Source of the DNA: an uncultured Flavobacteriales bacterium
GTDB lineage: Bacteria; Bacteroidota; Bacteroidia; Flavobacteriales_D; Crocinitomicaceae
Length of the DNA: 64,000 bases
Direction: 5' to 3'
Assembly (NCBI GenBank): GCA_943846635.1
Contig: OX044359.1
Span: 529,689-593,688, forward strand
This document shows, one piece after another, positions 59,770 to 64,000 of this stretch (position 1 is its first letter; the number at the start of each line of letters is the position of its first letter). The translations under genes were made by a program, and so were the position numbers. The notes under the pieces are model-generated. The model was not told the origin of the DNA, did not search any database, and saw only the letters and a program-made list of their open reading frames with translations.

Positions 59770-61917
59770 TTATTTCTTGAACAATTTACGGTACCACTTA
59801 TTCTCTTTTGCTTCTTTTTTAAACTTATCATCTTCTTCCTCCATATAGCCATAACCATAGCCATAACCGTACATATTACCTGCACTTTTACTTCTTTGAA
59901 CTCCATTCAATATGACATTCAAACTTTTAAGTTTTTGCATTTCAAAAAGTTCTTTAACTATGTTGGTGAAGTTTCGCTTAGAATAATGAGACTTAAATAC
60001 ATAAATTGGAATATCAGAATCTGTCATAGCTTTAACACCATCTGATACTAAACCAACGGGTGGGTTGTCCATTACAATTACATCGTATTCATTCTTTAAT
60101 TTTTCAATTATCTCCTTAAAGCGATTGCTCAACAATAGCTCGGAAGGGTTTGGAGGAACTGCTCCAGCCGTAATGAAATCTAAATTATCCAATTCCGTTG
60201 ATTTAATGCACTCTTCCATAGAATAATGACCAACAATCATAGAACTCATACCTTTAGAATTATCTGCGTCTAAGCCTAAATGTATTTTTGGTTTTCGTAA
60301 ATCTAAATCAAGTAGAATTGTTTTTTTCCCTGACATTGCTATAATCCCAGCTAAATTCAGTGCGATAAATGTTTTTCCCTCTCCGGAAATAGAAGAAGTT
60401 ATTGCAATCGTTTTGTAGTTTGGATGGATATAACTTAAATTGGTCCTAATCTTCCTCATAGACTCCGCCATTAAGGCTTTTGGAGCATCCGAAACAACTA
60501 ATCTTGAATACTCTAGACTATATTTAAGTTGAGGAACACCGCCAAGCATTGAAGCTCGTAATGGCAATAAATTTTCCAAATCTTCAACAAGGTTGATTTC
60601 ATTAAATCTTAGGTATTTTAACGCCAAAACGCCTAATCCAATTATGAAACCAAAGAAAATGAAAGAGCCATAAATAATTGATTTACCTGGTTCAATCGGA
60701 ATAGTTGGTACTTTAGCGGAACTTAAAACTCTGATTGATGAAGCGTATCCCGCATCAGAAATTCCATACATCACCTTTTTTTCTGTTAAAAGGGTAAAAT
60801 ATTTATTATTTAAATTCTCAATTTTCTTTAAACGTCCATATTCCATCAGCTTCTCAGGTAGCTCATAAATGGTGCTTTGATGTTTGGAAAGTTCATTTAT
60901 TATAACACTTCTATTGGCCTTCATCCGATTTTCAATGGCTGTAATACTTCTTTGAATCGTTGATATTTTGGATTCAATTTTTTGATCCAACAAACGAACC
61001 TCTGAATTTTTTTCAGTTACCCGATACAATAAATCTTCCTTTCTTTCCAGTAATCCGTGTAATTCATTGATATAGCCTGACAAGGAGGCATCATAACTCT
61101 TTCCAAACATCTCAGGAAGAATTTTATATACCTCTAGGCGATTGGGCGAATTCTTTAATTTTTGTTCTATCCCCATTAGGAAAGTTAATTCCTGTTCATT
61201 TATAAATAAGCGCTCTTGATACTTATTCAACTTGCTAAGTTCACGTTGTTTAGACGATTCTGGTGAAGGCAGGTCTTCCGTTCTTTGAAAATAAATGAGA
61301 CTGTCCCTTGAAGAATTCAATTCAGCTGAAAGTGAATCTAATTGCACATCAATGAAATCCATGACATTTTCTGAGCTTCTACTCTTATTATTCTTCTCGA
61401 AACTCATATATGAATTTGACAGTGAGGCAACGACGTCTCTGCACAAAACTGGACTATGACCTTTGTAAGAAATTGAAATTGTATTCGCATGCACATCCAA
61501 AGGTTCAATGGTCAATCCGCCTCTTAATTTGTCGGAGATTGATTGCACCGAGTTGAAAATGAAAAACAACTCATTAGAACTAGAAGACTCATCAAAAATT
61601 TCTTGGGATAAAGACTTTACAACAATATCAAAATCATTGTTTTTTAAATGATTATTGAGCGGTCCTTCTATCTGCTTTTTTTGACCATTTTTAGTGTATG
61701 ATAATTTTACATTCTCACCCGATTTTTTTATTAGTATTTCCTGATTCACTAATGTTGAATCATATAATTCATAAGGTTGAATATAAAAACCTCCTGAACC
61801 ATATCTCTCTTCGGTAAGAAACTCTCCTCGTGAATACAAACTGACATTCAATGCCATTTTTTCAACGGCCTGAGAAAAAATTAACTCAGAACGCAATAAT
61901 TCAATAATCCCAGACAA
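59770..61917 (-). CDS. polysaccharide tyrosine autokinase (Wzc-like), main body lacking its N-terminal TM segment
   Basis: TTG-initiated ORF. Walker A SSISGEGKTF, A' ILLDLDLRKP, Walker B DVIVMDNPP, C-terminal Tyr cluster YGYGYGYGY. The N-terminus is encoded in another frame (61929..62156). Confidence 0.8.
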   Translation of the reverse strand: MSGIIELLRSELIFSQAVEKMALNVSLYSRGEFLTEERYGSGGFYIQPYELYDSTLVNQEILIKKSGENVKLSYTKNGQKKQIEGPLNNHLKNNDFDIVVKSLSQEIFDESSSSNELFFIFNSVQSISDKLRGGLTIEPLDVHANTISISYKGHSPVLCRDVVASLSNSYMSFEKNNKSRSSENVMDFIDVQLDSLSAELNSSRDSLIYFQRTEDLPSPESSKQRELSKLNKYQERLFINEQELTFLMGIEQKLKNSPNRLEVYKILPEMFGKSYDASLSGYINELHGLLERKEDLLYRVTEKNSEVRLLDQKIESKISTIQRSITAIENRMKANRSVIINELSKHQSTIYELPEKLMEYGRLKKIENLNNKYFTLLTEKKVMYGISDAGYASSIRVLSSAKVPTIPIEPGKSIIYGSFIFFGFIIGLGVLALKYLRFNEINLVEDLENLLPLRASMLGGVPQLKYSLEYSRLVVSDAPKALMAESMRKIRTNLSYIHPNYKTIAITSSISGEGKTFIALNLAGIIAMSGKKTILLDLDLRKPKIHLGLDADNSKGMSSMIVGHYSMEECIKSTELDNLDFITAGAVPPNPSELLLSNRFKEIIEKLKNEYDVIVMDNPPVGLVSDGVKAMTDSDIPIYVFKSHYSKRNFTNIVKELFEMQKLKSLNVILNGVQRSKSAGNMYGYGYGYGYMEEEDDKFKKEAKENKWYRKLFKK

Positions 61918-61928
61918 CTGGTCTCCTG

Positions 61929-62156
61929 CTAGAATTTAAATTTTTGCATATCAAGTATAACTCTCGCGTCGTCCTTATTTGACAATTGAAGAACTAACGA
62001 AGATTCGTAAACTGGTTTTGTATATCTCAAATATGTATAGGCTAACGCACCTAGCGTAATAATGAAAACTAGAGGCCACCACCAATATCTCTTAAGAATT
62101 GTCCTTAAAATTAATGGGTCAAATGTTTTGTTGACTATGAAACTATTGTTACTCAA
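61929..62156 (-). CDS. N-terminal fragment (Wzz-type TM1 region) of the Wzc-like kinase, separated by a frame disruption
   Basis: Motif LKRYWWWPLVFIITLGALAYTYLRYTKPVYESS, typical of BY-kinase N-termini. Ends at a TAG 11 nt before the start of the downstream ORF (59770..61917), which is in a different frame. Confidence 0.7.
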   Translation of the reverse strand: MSNNSFIVNKTFDPLILRTILKRYWWWPLVFIITLGALAYTYLRYTKPVYESSLVLQLSNKDDARVILDMQKFKF

Positions 62157-62157
62157 A

Positions 62158-62882
62158 CTATTTCAATAAATTAATTGTAGAAAAAAGAAAAAGTGCCGTT
62201 GATATTAAAGAAACGATAGGGGCAAGTTCACGAATAATACCACTTGCAATTTCCGCAGTTGGTTCAATATAAATATAATCATTGGCTTGAACCAGCATAT
62301 CTGCATACTTCAAGCCTTCAATAGTTGATAAGTCCATAATGTAGATTTCGCGTTTACCATCAACGACCCTCATAAGTTTAACGGTATTTGCTTTTCCCCT
62401 ACCCGCAATTCCTCCGGCCATTGCGATCGACTCCATCAGCGTTGTGTTCGGGTTGGTTAATTGCAAGCACCTTAGCACTTGACCCATTCCCTGGAAATAC
62501 AATGATCCGATGATTTGTTATACCGTCACTTGAACAAACGGCTCTTTATATTGAACTGAAAATAAATCAACCAATTTATCTTCACACTCTTCGATGGTTA
62601 AGCCTGCGACTTCCACTTTACCCAAAACAGGTAATTCCACAAAACCATTTGAACGGACTAAATAAGACCAAGCTTCCCAGCTCCACCGCCTCTTGATAAC
62701 CCCAGCTATTCCCTCAATTAATTTGGCGCCATTGTTTGTTGCTAGAGAAAATGATATCTTATCATCTGGAGAAATTTTGGATATGCCTCATCGGCTCTCA
62801 TTGGAATTTTTTGAGAATTCTCTTTCACCCTTTGGCCTGTTTAAACATGATAGTTCGTGTTTATTCCACAACTTTGTAACAT
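62158..62882 (-). pseudogene. decayed polysaccharide export protein gene (Wza-like: Poly_export plus SLBB)
   Basis: The Poly_export segment SNGFVELPVLGKVEVAGLTIEECEDKL is read at 62521-62787. In-frame TGA at 62788-62790 and TAA at 62518-62520. The conserved ITNHRIIVFPGNGSSAKVL stretch is in another frame. The SLBB part is intact only from 62502. The 5' limit is uncertain. Confidence 0.7.
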
Positions 62883-62920
62883 AATTACCCTAAGGCCAAC
62901 AAAAACATACTAAATGTTTA

Positions 62921-64000
62921 CTAAAACTCAATTTCATCTTTCTTTTTTTCTAATAATTCCAAATACAAATTGGTCGTGTTTTTAACCAAAGTACCATAAT
63001 GGAATTTTTCTTCTACGTGGTTCCATCCATTTTGTGACATTTTTTCACGTTTATTTTCATCATTTGCTATTTCTAGCACTCGATTTGCAAACATTTCTTT
63101 GTTTTCGAGAGGTACAACAAACCCCGTATCTCCCTCCAGAACAATATCTTTTACACCGCCTACATCTGTTGTTACAACAGGTATTCCAGAAGCTTGAGCT
63201 TCAATTAAACTAACAGGTGTCCCTTCATTTAAAGATGTCAAACACATCACATCCACGGCTGAATTAAAAGTTGCCACATCCGTTATCCAAGACGTTAAAA
63301 TGATAGAATTGTTGTGTTTTTCGTTAATTTTCTTTACCCGGACTTCGATGTTCTCTTTCTCAGGACCATCACCAACAATGAAAAATTTAATAGAAGTATC
63401 CGATTTTGCCAAAACCATTTCTGCAATATCTAAGAAATAGGAATGGTTTTTTATCGGTGCTAAACGGCCAACAATTGCAATGGCAACATCATCATTATGC
63501 AGATTAAGCTTCTGACGTTCTTCGCGTCTCATTGAAACCTTTTTTTCTTTGAATGGTAGCAAGTCAAAACCAAGAGGTATAACCACCGCTTTTTCTTTCG
63601 AGCAAATTTTATGAATTTCTGTTATTTCCTTCTTTTGCAGATTAGAAATTGCAACAATAGCATCTGATTTTATGGCGAGACGTCTTTCTATCATTTTAAA
63701 AATTGAGGTCTTAACTCTTCCAAAATAAGAGTGAAATACATGCCCATGAAATGTATGGACTATAATTGGAACATTACAAGACTGTGCTGCCCTTCTGCCC
63801 AGCGCACCTGCCTTGGATGCATGTGTGTGAACAATGTCTGGTTTAAATTCTTCTATTATCGATTTTAATTTTTTAAACGCCTCTCTATCACTTTTGATAT
63901 TTGGAAGGCGAACCATTTCTTTGATCAATTCTGGCTTTACGTTATATTTTTCTAAAATATACAATGAATCGGCCTCGCCAATATCTGGCAGTCCACCGAC
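62921..64000 (-). CDS. glycosyltransferase family 4 (GT-B, EX7E type), N-terminus beyond the window
   Basis: Motif EGTPVSLIEAQASGIPVVTTDVGG. The frame stays open from 63964 to the window edge. Confidence 0.85.
   Translation of the reverse strand, partial: VGGLPDIGEADSLYILEKYNVKPELIKEMVRLPNIKSDREAFKKLKSIIEEFKPDIVHTHASKAGALGRRAAQSCNVPIIVHTFHGHVFHSYFGRVKTSIFKMIERRLAIKSDAIVAISNLQKKEITEIHKICSKEKAVVIPLGFDLLPFKEKKVSMRREERQKLNLHNDDVAIAIVGRLAPIKNHSYFLDIAEMVLAKSDTSIKFFIVGDGPEKENIEVRVKKINEKHNNSIILTSWITDVATFNSAVDVMCLTSLNEGTPVSLIEAQASGIPVVTTDVGGVKDIVLEGDTGFVVPLENKEMFANRVLEIANDENKREKMSQNGWNHVEEKFHYGTLVKNTTNLYLELLEKKKDEIEF

Noticed and set aside
59761-60045. 94-aa plus-strand ORF overlapping the Wzc 3' end
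   Set aside because: It is antisense to a well-supported kinase domain. The translation is low-complexity and Phe/Ile-rich, as expected for the antisense frame of AT-rich DNA.
62693-62884. 63-aa plus-strand ORF in the gap upstream of the Wza fragment
   Set aside because: It lies antisense to clearly Wza-homologous coding sequence on the minus strand (the Poly_export domain). It is an artefact of the decayed gene, not a gene.
1-64000. Mobile elements, prophage, defence islands, tRNA/rRNA genes
   Set aside because: No transposase, integrase, recombinase, restriction-modification, Cas or toxin-antitoxin-like ORFs were seen. I saw no obvious compositional break, and no intergenic stretch has tRNA-like GC-rich cloverleaf potential.

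Overview
AT-rich, densely packed chromosomal segment, most likely from a Bacteroidota (Flavobacteriia-like) bacterium. Supporting markers: a cargo protein with a T9SS type-B (gliding-motility) C-terminal sorting domain, a CarboxypepD_reg-type TonB-dependent receptor paired with DUF4249, DarA/DarB, a bacterial GH3 protein, and TAnnTTTG -7 boxes. I count about 58 protein genes. I found no rRNA, tRNA, CRISPR array, transposase, integrase or recognisable defence system. Housekeeping genes (pheT, uvrA, gap, ribD, split transketolase, sufS/sufE, fabF, folE/queD, bioA/bioD, polyprenyl synthase) alternate with accessory modules. The most interesting points are: (1) a translationally coupled 11-gene minus-strand operon (5867-15346). 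It combines DarA/DarB dialkylresorcinol enzymes, a KS/CLF-like pair, an ACP, an ABC exporter, a BtrH-like protein, an O-methyltransferase and two unknown proteins, and is flanked by MFS and MMPL exporters. The tyrosine ammonia-lyase, CoA-ligase, KR, DH and acyltransferase genes of classical flexirubin clusters are not in the window. (2) A secreted VWA protein lies between the two halves of a split transketolase, inside a 7-gene co-directional array that also holds an ECF sigma module. (3) A GNAT-BioA fusion protein. (4) ribD is translationally coupled to a DMT-type membrane protein, a candidate flavin transporter. (5) Two tandem paralogous HisKA_2 sensor kinases have no response regulator nearby. 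(6) The Wza/Wzc polysaccharide export pair is decayed, with several frame disruptions within about 1 kb. (7) A T9SS cargo protein carries a nidogen-like (NIDO) domain. All functional calls rest on motifs read in the translated ORFs and on recalled family knowledge. No database search was run.
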